The notes under the pieces were generated by a model, which was given only the letters and a program-made list of their open reading frames with translations, ran no database searches and was not told the DNA's origin. This document shows, piece by piece, positions 9,550 to 21,908 of a stretch of DNA of 64,000 nt. The position numbers were made by a program, and so were the translations under genes. Numbering within the stretch: position 1 is the first letter of the stretch; the number at the start of each line of letters is the position of its first letter. This DNA comes from Nitrosopumilus sp. (GTDB taxonomy: Archaea; Thermoproteota; Nitrososphaeria; Nitrososphaerales; Nitrosopumilaceae): positions 1,632,001 to 1,696,000 of the forward strand of contig OZ244732.1 of assembly GCA_965219345.1 (NCBI GenBank). The letters are read 5' to 3'.

Positions 9550-9727
9550 TAAAGACGATGCGAGATGTCGTGACTCATCGCATCTACGAAGAAGCGCTTG
9601 CAGATGTGTTTTATGGTAAAAAAAATATGCGTAAAATATACTTGCACGGTATGACCAAAACGTCGGCAAACAAAGAAAAAACAACGAAGAGCGAAAATTT
9701 CTTGACGAATCCTGAGAAAATGACAGG
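9550..9727 (+). promoter_or_regulatory. CRISPR leader
   Basis: A-rich non-coding segment between cas2 and first repeat; GATGCGA...TCGCATC inverted repeat; repeats end in ATTGAAGC on +, and the degenerate repeat lies at the far end. Confidence 0.8.
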
Positions 9728-12700
9728 ATTTCCATAACGAAAAAGTTATGGCCCCATTGAAGCTTTTACCTCGAATATTGAAAAGTCTATTCTAACACCT
9801 TGAATTTCCATAACGAAAAAGTTATGGCCCCATTGAAGCAATGCAAATCGAAAATAATTATGCTACAATCGGCAGAATTTCCATAACGAAAAAGTTATGG
9901 CCCCATTGAAGCACAAAAGTCAATCTTCACTTTCTCCTTGGATTTTTGATTTCCATAACGAAAAAGTTATGGCCCCATTGAAGCTCTTCTTTGTTTCCTG
10001 CCATAATTATTCAGAACAATCAGGATTTCCATAACGAAAAAGTTATGGCCCCATTGAAGCTAGTAAGATATTGTAAGGCGTCTTGCTCATCATCTCGATT
10101 TCCATAACGAAAAAGTTATGGCCCCATTGAAGCTCCTCTTCGTCTAAAGTTCCTCGAAGAAGAAAATTCCAAATTTCCATAACGAAAAAGTTATGGCCCC
10201 ATTGAAGCTTTGACAAGTCTACAACAGTACCTGAGGTGTGTAAAATTTCCATAACGAAAAAGTTATGGCCCCATTGAAGCACGGATGTGGATATGAGACA
10301 CATGAAAGGAGTCCCATAATTTCCATAACGAAAAAGTTATGGCCCCATTGAAGCTTCAAGCTGAATTGATAGTCCCTCCAGTGCTCTATCCCTTATTTCC
10401 ATAACGAAAAAGTTATGGCCCCATTGAAGCATTAATTTCAGTGCCAATAACAATTGATTTTTTGGTTAAATTTCCATAACGAAAAAGTTATGGCCCCATT
10501 GAAGCGATACCAGTATCGATTTGTAGCCTTTGCCCCATATACTTAATTTCCATAACGAAAAAGTTATGGCCCCATTGAAGCTCCAGTTCCTTGCCCTTTA
10601 GGCCGTCATCCCACTCGAAATTTCCATAACGAAAAAGTTATGGCCCCATTGAAGCCTCGATGGACTCCTCTATTTCTCCCTGGGCTGATTTATTTCCATA
10701 ACGAAAAAGTTATGGCCCCATTGAAGCTTAATTCCTGATGTTGTTGCTCAAGAAACTGCGGCGGAATTTCCATAACGAAAAAGTTATGGCCCCATTGAAG
10801 CAGATAAAACATGAAGGATCAAATTAAGACAAGGCCCATTTCCATAACGAAAAAGTTATGGCCCCATTGAAGCTCCCTAGGGGAATCGATTACATTCCCA
10901 TTAGGAAAATTTCCATAACGAAAAAGTTATGGCCCCATTGAAGCACTTTTTTGGGACAAGTTGTGCATTATTACAAAAAGGCAAATTTCCATAACGAAAA
11001 AGTTATGGCCCCATTGAAGCAAAGTATAGTTACAAAATTATGTTAACACAAAAAAGAAATTTCCATAACGAAAAAGTTATGGCCCCATTGAAGCCGTGAC
11101 ACCTTTGCAATTCCCCCCGCCAATTCCAACAATTTCCATAACGAAAAAGTTATGGCCCCATTGAAGCTCTGTTCTGGAGGAAAGTTAGTATCAGTGTATG
11201 ATGCCGAATTTCCATAACGAAAAAGTTATGGCCCCATTGAAGCTTCCCTCAGGATCAATAAACACCTGCTCTGACATTAATTTCCATAACGAAAAAGTTA
11301 TGGCCCCATTGAAGCAGATCACTAAATTCCAATGATGTGTTTGCCAGTGTCTGATTTCCATAACGAAAAAGTTATGGCCCCATTGAAGCCATCATCATCG
11401 ATTCCATCATCATCGATTCCATCATATTTCCATAACGAAAAAGTTATGGCCCCATTGAAGCATTTTTTCGGCGGTGCTAACCATGTCGATCATAACGAAT
11501 TTCCATAACGAAAAAGTTATGGCCCCATTGAAGCAAAGACTGGCAGTAACTACTAGGTCTACTCCCTTTTTTTAGCATATTTCCATAACGAAAAAGTTAT
11601 GGCCCCATTGAAGCTTTTCTATGTTTGCCGACTTTATTATATCCCAGTTCAACCCCAATTTCCATAACGAAAAAGTTATGGCCCCATTGAAGCGTTTTTG
11701 GCGGTGTTTCCTCCTCCACCAACGGATGTGATTTCCATAACGAAAAAGTTATGGCCCCATTGAAGCTGTCGTAACTATCACCGGTGCCTGCGATGGTTCT
11801 GCATTATTTCCATAACGAAAAAGTTATGGCCCCATTGAAGCATAACAAAGGAATTGCTGCCGGCCATATCACGGCAGATTTCCATAACGAAAAAGTTATG
11901 GCCCCATTGAAGCCTCCTCCTCCTTCCCCCATTTGTCCTGCAGAATCCATTGATTTCCATAACGAAAAAGTTATGGCCCCATTGAAGCGGTAAGCCCCTT
12001 TACGGAGATAATTTGGAGGATAGTAATTTCCATAACGAAAAAGTTATGGCCCCATTGAAGCTCACGGGACAGTCCCGCGGTACGGGTGGAACCGAGATTT
12101 CCATAACGAAAAAGTTATGGCCCCATTGAAGCATTGAGTGTTCTTGCGTTGCTTTGGTGTGCTGTGCTACATTTCCATAACGAAAAAGTTATGGCCCCAT
12201 TGAAGCTGATTTTCCAGCCGTTTTTACGACGGCCTTAGTATTTAATTTCCATAACGAAAAAGTTATGGCCCCATTGAAGCGAATAAAATTTTGGGTGATA
12301 TGGTTAATCCAAAAATATTTCCATAACGAAAAAGTTATGGCCCCATTGAAGCCGGTATTGGTACTAGTTCCGGTATTGGCTCTTCCGGATTTCCATAACG
12401 AAAAAGTTATGGCCCCATTGAAGCATGGGCTTGCTGGGTGTTCATCCTGCTTTCATCGTAGATTTCCATAACGAAAAAGTTATGGCCCCATTGAAGCCTA
12501 CTTCCTCGAGATGGACACTTGTAATATATTTAAAGTTCGTAATTTCCATAACGAAAAAGTTATGGCCCCATTGAAGCACATTTACCAGTTTCATCAAAAT
12601 AGTGCATACAATCACATTTCCATAACGAAAAAGTTATGGCCCCATTGAAGCTCTTTTGTTGCTGAGTGCATGTACCTTGGAGCGAGAAAATTTCCATAAC

Positions 12701-15700
12701 GAAAAAGTTATGGCCCCATTGAAGCAACGAATTCGGTAGGCTTACATCACCCACTACGGACGGGAATTTCCATAACGAAAAAGTTATGGCCCCATTGAAG
12801 CCCAGTCTTCCCGCTTTAGCTCCAGGATTCCCGTAGTTATCAATTTCCATAACGAAAAAGTTATGGCCCCATTGAAGCCCATGCAGGCCGTTAGGTCGCT
12901 GCGCACTTGTGACAAATTTCCATAACGAAAAAGTTATGGCCCCATTGAAGCAATTTTCTCATGGTTGCTTGACAGGGTCAATACCTCCATATTTCCATAA
13001 CGAAAAAGTTATGGCCCCATTGAAGCCTTTTTTCGTTAATCGCGAAAGTGCCGAATAAACCGAATTTCCATAACGAAAAAGTTATGGCCCCATTGAAGCT
13101 TGCCTTCCAATTTTTAATACAGTTTCTTCTCCAAAATTTCCATAACGAAAAAGTTATGGCCCCATTGAAGCGAAACGCAATCGGCACGGACATCAACCCA
13201 AAGGCAATTGAGCTGTGTCTGCAGATTTCCATAACGAAAAAGTTATGGCCCCATTGAAGCTTTCCCATGCCGCTAAACGCGGTGAGCGTCTAACAATTGC
13301 GGCCCAAATTTCCATAACGAAAAAGTTATGGCCCCATTGAAGCAAAAGTTGGGAATTTATTACCGAATCTGCCAAACTGAATTTCCATAACGAAAAAGTT
13401 ATGGCCCCATTGAAGCTTATCATGGATAATGTCGCCAAATTGCCTACATTTTTTATTTCCATAACGAAAAAGTTATGGCCCCATTGAAGCTCGCTCATGT
13501 CACCGCCGCCGCCTCCAAGCATTCCGCATTTCCATAACGAAAAAGTTATGGCCCCATTGAAGCTAGTTTGTTGGCAAGTAGTTCAAAGGTTGCTGTTTCT
13601 TATTTCCATAACGAAAAAGTTATGGCCCCATTGAAGCATATCTGGTCCATCCTACATTATCTGGTATGTCTGGTATTTCCATAACGAAAAAGTTATGGCC
13701 CCATTGAAGCAGAATCATATAATCTAACACCGTGGAGTCTGTGGATGATTTCCATAACGAAAAAGTTATGGCCCCATTGAAGCTTGCTCCTACTCTGTCC
13801 CTTACTACTTCTGAGATGAATTTCCATAACGAAAAAGTTATGGCCCCATTGAAGCATGGTCATGTGAGAACCACCTTCGAATTGAAGGTTACCAATTTCC
13901 ATAACGAAAAAGTTATGGCCCCATTGAAGCTCGAAAACAGGTGCCCATCCGTCAACCTCATTTCCTCCACTGGATTTCCATAACGAAAAAGTTATGGCCC
14001 CATTGAAGCTTAGTTTCTGCTGTTTTTCCGTCTCGTTTTGCCTTAACCAATTTCCATAACGAAAAAGTTATGGCCCCATTGAAGCACCTAATCCTTCCAT
14101 AGGAACGCAATAGCACCTCCTAATTTCCATAACGAAAAAGTTATGGCCCCATTGAAGCACGATTGATGAGCAAACACCAACTTTACCAGACATACATTTC
14201 CATAACGAAAAAGTTATGGCCCCATTGAAGCAAAGAATAATCAACATCGCTAAACGGAACAAATGGAAATTTCCATAACGAAAAAGTTATGGCCCCATTG
14301 AAGCGGCTAAAATTACAGCATCATAGATGTAGTTGCTGCGGGATTTCCATAACGAAAAAGTTATGGCCCCATTGAAGCACATCGACAATAATTCGTGAAG
14401 AATTGAAATATTCGAGATTTCCATAACGAAAAAGTTATGGCCCCATTGAAGCTTGTCCAGCAAATGTTAGAAATAGAAAGTTTGTTGATTTCCATAACGA
14501 AAAAGTTATGGCCCCATTGAAGCCCGTGTTGACGACCATTACAATTTGTATGCCAAATTACAAATTTCCATAACGAAAAAGTTATGGCCCCATTGAAGCG
14601 TAATTGCGTGAATACATACTGGAAAAGTGCATATCCCAATTTCCATAACGAAAAAGTTATGGCCCCATTGAAGCGATTTCATTTTGTAAAATTTGGAGTG
14701 CCTCATTATCATTTCCATAACGAAAAAGTTATGGCCCCATTGAAGCGGTGGAGTTGTAATGCTGAGGTTTGGGGAAATACAGAATTTCCATAACGAAAAA
14801 GTTATGGCCCCATTGAAGCAGCGACCGGGAAAAAATCCGCGTCGATTGTAACGCGCGAATTTCCATAACGAAAAAGTTATGGCCCCATTGAAGCTCAGCC
14901 CCGAGCCCCCCCCCCCTAGTCGCAGATTAACCCCACATTTCCATAACGAAAAAGTTATGGCCCCATTGAAGCTTTTGATGGTCTAAATTTTCTAACGCCC
15001 TTTTCAAAAATTTCCATAACGAAAAAGTTATGGCCCCATTGAAGCTATTATAGGAATAAAGTTGAAGAGTGCATAGTTGCGACAAATTTCCATAACGAAA
15101 AAGTTATGGCCCCATTGAAGCTACCTATTGTTTTTACCGGCTTGATGATTTCACCGGCGATTTCCATAACGAAAAAGTTATGGCCCCATTGAAGCACTTT
15201 CAGTGTAGGAAACACGCAGAAAGACTAGTGAAATTTCCATAACGAAAAAGTTATGGCCCCATTGAAGCTGAAATCTTTGTCAGTCTTTATGGTTCGCCTA
15301 AAAATATTTCCATAACGAAAAAGTTATGGCCCCATTGAAGCAAAAACTCGAAGGCAATAACGGCCATAAAAAAAACTGATTTCCATAACGAAAAAGTTAT
15401 GGCCCCATTGAAGCCACCACCTCCATCAGCGCGTCATACACCGTGGTCTCCTCGCCATTTCCATAACGAAAAAGTTATGGCCCCATTGAAGCAACGTGTA
15501 CGGTTACAATGAACCAGATGATGAACCCATATTTCCATAACGAAAAAGTTATGGCCCCATTGAAGCGTATTTCATAGTGATCACACTGAGAATAATTTCT
15601 ATAAATTTCCATAACGAAAAAGTTATGGCCCCATTGAAGCGCCCCAACTGAAGTAATCATCCTCAATCACGGTGTCAATTTCCATAACGAAAAAGTTATG

Positions 15701-18700
15701 GCCCCATTGAAGCATGAAGTATTGAGTGCCAGTCCCTGATTCCACTGAAATTTCCATAACGAAAAAGTTATGGCCCCATTGAAGCTCTAATATCGCTCTA
15801 AAGGCAATTCCATTTAGCGCAATTTCCATAACGAAAAAGTTATGGCCCCATTGAAGCATCTTTTCATCATCATTACCATGAGGACAACTACAAGCATTTC
15901 CATAACGAAAAAGTTATGGCCCCATTGAAGCATCAAAATCAATCCCATATTCGCGCTTGTACCGATATCATTTCCATAACGAAAAAGTTATGGCCCCATT
16001 GAAGCGGAGCGCCAACGATTGTAAACGCGAGTCCTGTAGTTATTTCCATAACGAAAAAGTTATGGCCCCATTGAAGCTCTCACCTTCCGCTGATTCCCAT
16101 CTTACCAGTAGGTGAGATTTCCATAACGAAAAAGTTATGGCCCCATTGAAGCAGCCTAGTGTGTGTAACCGCCCGCTGAAAAGGACTATTATTTCCATAA
16201 CGAAAAAGTTATGGCCCCATTGAAGCAAAACCTTTGGCCATAACAAATTATGTTGCTGTTGCTACATTTCCATAACGAAAAAGTTATGGCCCCATTGAAG
16301 CTCTTTTTGTTGGGTCTTCCATGTCGTGATAATTTGACATTTCCATAACGAAAAAGTTATGGCCCCATTGAAGCGCCCTCCTCTGTCATTTGTCTAGTCC
16401 TAAAGCCGAGATTTCCATAACGAAAAAGTTATGGCCCCATTGAAGCTTAGTTCGGAAGGATCAAAGGGAAAAATATCGGACAATTTCCATAACGAAAAAG
16501 TTATGGCCCCATTGAAGCTGGTATGTACCGGGCGCGGACGGAAAAAGCGCCAAAATTTCCATAACGAAAAAGTTATGGCCCCATTGAAGCTCCATATCTC
16601 GCCTTTCGTTGTTTATCTAATCTAAATTTCCATAACGAAAAAGTTATGGCCCCATTGAAGCGAAGTTGCTACTCCTTTTGTCTTTTCCACAAAAACCGTA
16701 TTTCCATAACGAAAAAGTTATGGCCCCATTGAAGCACTGCCGTAAATTCCGACTAATCCAGCCATACCAAAATTTCCATAACGAAAAAGTTATGGCCCCA
16801 TTGAAGCTTGGATCTGCTATCTTTCCCATGGTGGTGACAGCCCGATTTCCATAACGAAAAAGTTATGGCCCCATTGAAGCGGTGTATACAACGATAATAA
16901 CAGCCAGGTATTTGGCAGATTTCCATAACGAAAAAGTTATGGCCCCATTGAAGCAGTTATCTTGGGTGGATCAATCGGTTTTTTATTTCAGGTAGAATCT
17001 GAATTTCCATAACGAAAAAGTTATGGCCCCATTGAAGCATGGTCATGTGACTTCCGCCCTCATATTGCAAATTGCCGTATTTCCATAACGAAAAAGTTAT
17101 GGCCCCATTGAAGCACAAGTCTTTACGGTTCGCCCAAAAATTCTCGTTATATTTCCATAACGAAAAAGTTATGGCCCCATTGAAGCTCAGTACTCCTGAT
17201 AGCACGAGCAATTAAAGCACTAGATTTCCATAACGAAAAAGTTATGGCCCCATTGAAGCTAATATCCATTCTCTAATTTTGTTTTTTCTGCATATCTATT
17301 TCCATAACGAAAAAGTTATGGCCCCATTGAAGCTGTGAGAATGAGCTGTCGGATTTCAGGATGTTTAGATTTCCATAACGAAAAAGTTATGGCCCCATTG
17401 AAGCTGTGATAAAGCCATCTGCAACCAGCACGTAATTTCTATTTCCATAACGAAAAAGTTATGGCCCCATTGAAGCGTGTAATTGACTTGAGAAATTGTT
17501 TTTGATTGTTCCAAATTTCCATAACGAAAAAGTTATGGCCCCATTGAAGCTGTAATTGACCTAACCAATCTACTGGAGGGTCATTAATTTCCATAACGAA
17601 AAAGTTATGGCCCCATTGAAGCTGAGAGGTCCATGAAAAATTTGGGAATCAAGGCGGTATTTCCATAACGAAAAAGTTATGGCCCCATTGAAGCCAGAAA
17701 CTTTGATACAAAGTGAAAGCATCAAACTTGATTTCCATAACGAAAAAGTTATGGCCCCATTGAAGCGTCTATTTGGCGAATCTAAGGGATTCATCTAAAT
17801 GTCCGATTTCCATAACGAAAAAGTTATGGCCCCATTGAAGCTTGGATACTTTGACGATGCTGAAGAGGTTGAAAAATATTTCCATAACGAAAAAGTTATG
17901 GCCCCATTGAAGCTTTAATTTCGGTATGTTTAGGACGCCAGATGAAACAATTTCCATAACGAAAAAGTTATGGCCCCATTGAAGCTGATGCTAGTTTTGT
18001 TAAGGGGAATTAATTTTTCCTTGATTTCCATAACGAAAAAGTTATGGCCCCATTGAAGCAGGGTCTTGCTGGACACACGACTGGGATTTCTTGATGAGAT
18101 TTCCATAACGAAAAAGTTATGGCCCCATTGAAGCACAGACTGGGATTGGGATGTTTCAGGTGACCTAAATAATTTCCATAACGAAAAAGTTATGGCCCCA
18201 TTGAAGCCCTGGTTTTCCACTTCCTATAATTCCTGGACAAATTCAGATTTCCATAACGAAAAAGTTATGGCCCCATTGAAGCTTCGGAATGTGGTTTCTT
18301 AATCAATCGGACGAATCTGAATTTCCATAACGAAAAAGTTATGGCCCCATTGAAGCAAATTCCTCTGATGTTGCCAGTGTTCCTCTTTTGGTATTTCCAT
18401 AACGAAAAAGTTATGGCCCCATTGAAGCTCTGTTTAGTAAAATGATGGATTACTGGGGATTGACCACGATTTCCATAACGAAAAAGTTATGGCCCCATTG
18501 AAGCGGAGACAACTAGAGAAATAATATAATGACAGAAATACCTATTTCCATAACGAAAAAGTTATGGCCCCATTGAAGCACGACAATAATAACATTCTAC
18601 TTCCCGACCCCTGGATAAATTTCCATAACGAAAAAGTTATGGCCCCATTGAAGCCCAACTACAAGAACGTAAATTGTCTTGTAATAGATATTTCCATAAC

Positions 18701-21700
18701 GAAAAAGTTATGACCCCATTGAAGCAGAAATAAAAAAAAGAAAAAGGGGTGATTGATTAATCAATTTCCATAACGAAAAAGTTATGGCCCCATTGAAGCC
18801 CAAACGGCAGTAAAGCCGCCCGTCGCGAATGAACCGACTCTAATTTCCATAACGAAAAAGTTATGGCCCCATTGAAGCAAAAGAAATTGTCTTATAAGTT
18901 TACAAAGAACCTCTTAATTTCCATAACGAAAAAGTTATGGCCCCATTGAAGCTGCCTCATTTGCTGAGCGTTCGTACGACTCAATCGCAATTTCCATAAC
19001 GAAAAAGTTATGGCCCCATTGAAGCGCTAAATCTGTCAATGATATGCTAGATAGCAGAGCCAATTTCCATAACGAAAAAGTTATGGCCCCATTGAAGCTG
19101 GTATGTCATGCTCCAGGATTTGGGCATCCGATTTCATTTCCATAACGAAAAAGTTATGGCCCCATTGAAGCAGGTGGATCGATTGGTTTTTTATTTCAGG
19201 TTGAGAGCGAATTTCCATAACGAAAAAGTTATGGCCCCATTGAAGCTCACCATCTCAACAGGCATTTATTGAATCTCGAGAGATTTCCATAACGAAAAAG
19301 TTATGGCCCCATTGAAGCATCCCGTGACACAAAGAATAATTCCACAACCATACCCAATTTCCATAACGAAAAAGTTATGGCCCCATTGAAGCTTGTTCTG
19401 AGAGCGCCACATTCAGAAACATGAGAGAATTTCCATAACGAAAAAGTTATGGCCCCATTGAAGCAAGATTATTGGCGTCGCCGGATATGATAACTACGGG
19501 AAATTTCCATAACGAAAAAGTTATGGCCCCATTGAAGCAATTATTCACCGAATCAGAAATTAGCCTAACTCAGGTTCCCTATTTCCATAACGAAAAAGTT
19601 ATGGCCCCATTGAAGCAGCAATTTATCAAGGAACATCACAAGGAGATGTCGATTTCCATAACGAAAAAGTTATGGCCCCATTGAAGCGCCCTCTATATCT
19701 CCAGAATTGCCATGCTGAGTTTCATAATTTCCATAACGAAAAAGTTATGGCCCCATTGAAGCAAGGCATCTGTTGCGACATTGTCTAATCCACCGTTCCT
19801 TATTTCCATAACGAAAAAGTTATGGCCCCATTGAAGCCTTGCGAATTCGTGAGCATCATCAACCACCATCACCAAAATTTCCATAACGAAAAAGTTATGG
19901 CCCCATTGAAGCAAGGTGATGGACTCACCACACGATCTATTATTTCACAATTTCCATAACGAAAAAGTTATGGCCCCATTGAAGCTTTGGCCATTCCGCC
20001 ATAATTCGATTTTTCCGGTTCCGGCGGATTTCCATAACGAAAAAGTTATGGCCCCATTGAAGCTCTTCTTCAAGATAATCTACCTCACGGAATCCATGAA
20101 TTTCCATAACGAAAAAGTTATGGCCCCATTGAAGCTCAGTGTGGTCTTTGTGGTGGTGCTGCCAGTTAGCGCGATTTCCATAACGAAAAAGTTATGGCCC
20201 CATTGAAGCTGGTATTATGGACGGCGCTGTCAATTCTCATCTATATTTCCATAACGAAAAAGTTATGGCCCCATTGAAGCATCCAATGGAGGGGTAAGAA
20301 CAGGAGGAGGCAATTCCATATTTCCATAACGAAAAAGTTATGGCCCCATTGAAGCTCGTATGCTCTGCCAATTTGTCTGAGTGATGGCCTTATTTCCATA
20401 ACGAAAAAGTTATGGCCCCATTGAAGCCCCAAAACAAGAATGGTGGGGGTGGTGATGGCAGGGACAAATTTCCATAACGAAAAAGTTATGGCCCCATTGA
20501 AGCGATAGTTTGCCATGTATTATTAAATCGTCACATTCAGATTTCCATAACGAAAAAGTTATGGCCCCATTGAAGCTACGAATAGTAAGTTTGCCCTTCA
20601 CAAAGTGATGGAATTTCCATAACGAAAAAGTTATGGCCCCATTGAAGCGTATCAATTATAATATTATTTCTGGTACAATATTTGAGATTTCCATAACGAA
20701 AAAGTTATGGCCCCATTGAAGCCCGAATATCGACATGGCACTGAAGGTCATAGAGTCTATTTCCATAACGAAAAAGTTATGGCCCCATTGAAGCATTGTA
20801 ACGACTACGTGTGTACCTATGTTTCCTACCCTAATTTCCATAACGAAAAAGTTATGGCCCCATTGAAGCTACTGCATCGTATAGACTCTGTGTGTAGGCA
20901 TACTCATTTCCATAACGAAAAAGTTATGGCCCCATTGAAGCCATCTCTCAGTATTTCCGCATTCCCAGCATCCTTTGATTTCCATAACGAAAAAGTTATG
21001 GCCCCATTGAAGCGAGTGAGATTGGAAACGAAAATGCAGACACATTGAAAATTTCCATAACGAAAAAGTTATGGCCCCATTGAAGCAGCGAACCGTCCTA
21101 TTCCTACTTTCAGTACTATTCTTATTTCCATAACGAAAAAGTTATGGCCCCATTGAAGCGGATATAAGGTGAGGATGGATATCGCAATTAATGGGCATTT
21201 CCATAACGAAAAAGTTATGGCCCCATTGAAGCTGAGCATCCTCGGCACCATGCCCTGTGAATTCCCTCAGAATTTCCATAACGAAAAAGTTATGGCCCCA
21301 TTGAAGCTAGTACGCTAATTACATCTTGTGCTATTTGTTCGCGCAATTTCCATAACGAAAAAGTTATGGCCCCATTGAAGCAGTAAATGTGAACTGTATC
21401 ATTAATTTCAAGAAAACTATTTCCATAACGAAAAAGTTATGGCCCCATTGAAGCCTTGCCAAAACACGTAAAAAATGTAGGCAATTTGGCGAATTTCCAT
21501 AACGAAAAAGTTATGGCCCCATTGAAGCGTCAACGCCTTCCATGGACATTGGGACCAACACTAAATTTCCATAACGAAAAAGTTATGGCCCCATTGAAGC
21601 ATTGTTACCCTTACTGCCGTTCACCAAAAGCTATCGCCTATTTCCATAACGAAAAAGTTATGGCCCCATTGAAGCGAAAAAATCTCTGAGGCAATTTCGA

Positions 21701-21821
21701 CGCACACACCAATTTCCATAACGAAAAAGTTATGGCCCCATTGAAGCAGGTGTAAGATTCCATCGTGAGATGAATTCTGTTGTGGATTTCCATAACGAAA
21801 AAGTTATGGCCCCATTGAAGC
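9728..21821 (+). CRISPR. CRISPR array, about 164 repeats / 163 spacers (manual count), 36-bp repeat ATTTCCATAACGAAAAAGTTATGGCCCCATTGAAGC
   Basis: Near-invariant repeat with 7-bp hairpin CCATAAC/GTTATGG; unique spacers mostly 35-42 nt, up to 53 nt; one variant repeat at 18690-18725. Confidence 0.99.
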
Positions 21822-21869
21822 CTGATCTGTATGATACAACATGATCTACAAATGCGTCAAAAATTGATG

Positions 21870-21893
21870 ATTTCTATAGGGCCGAAATAATGG
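21870..21893 (+). repeat. Probable degenerate terminal repeat
   Basis: ATTTCTATAGGGCCGAAATAATGG matches 16 of the first 24 repeat positions, 48 nt after the last intact repeat. Confidence 0.5.
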
Positions 21894-21908
21894 AATTGGC
21901 ACGTAGGA

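Noticed and set aside
9546-9737. 63-aa ORF after cas2
   Set aside because: Spans the leader and runs into the first repeat; no recognisable motif
17477-18172. Adjacent spacers sharing 10-mers (TGTAATTGAC; GACTGGGATT)
   Set aside because: Too short, flanks diverge and no shared peptide; compatible with chance
10043-21689. Dozens of short ORFs with FHNEKVMAPLK, LQWGHNFFVMEI or FNGAITFSLWK
   Set aside because: Translations of the CRISPR repeat, not genes
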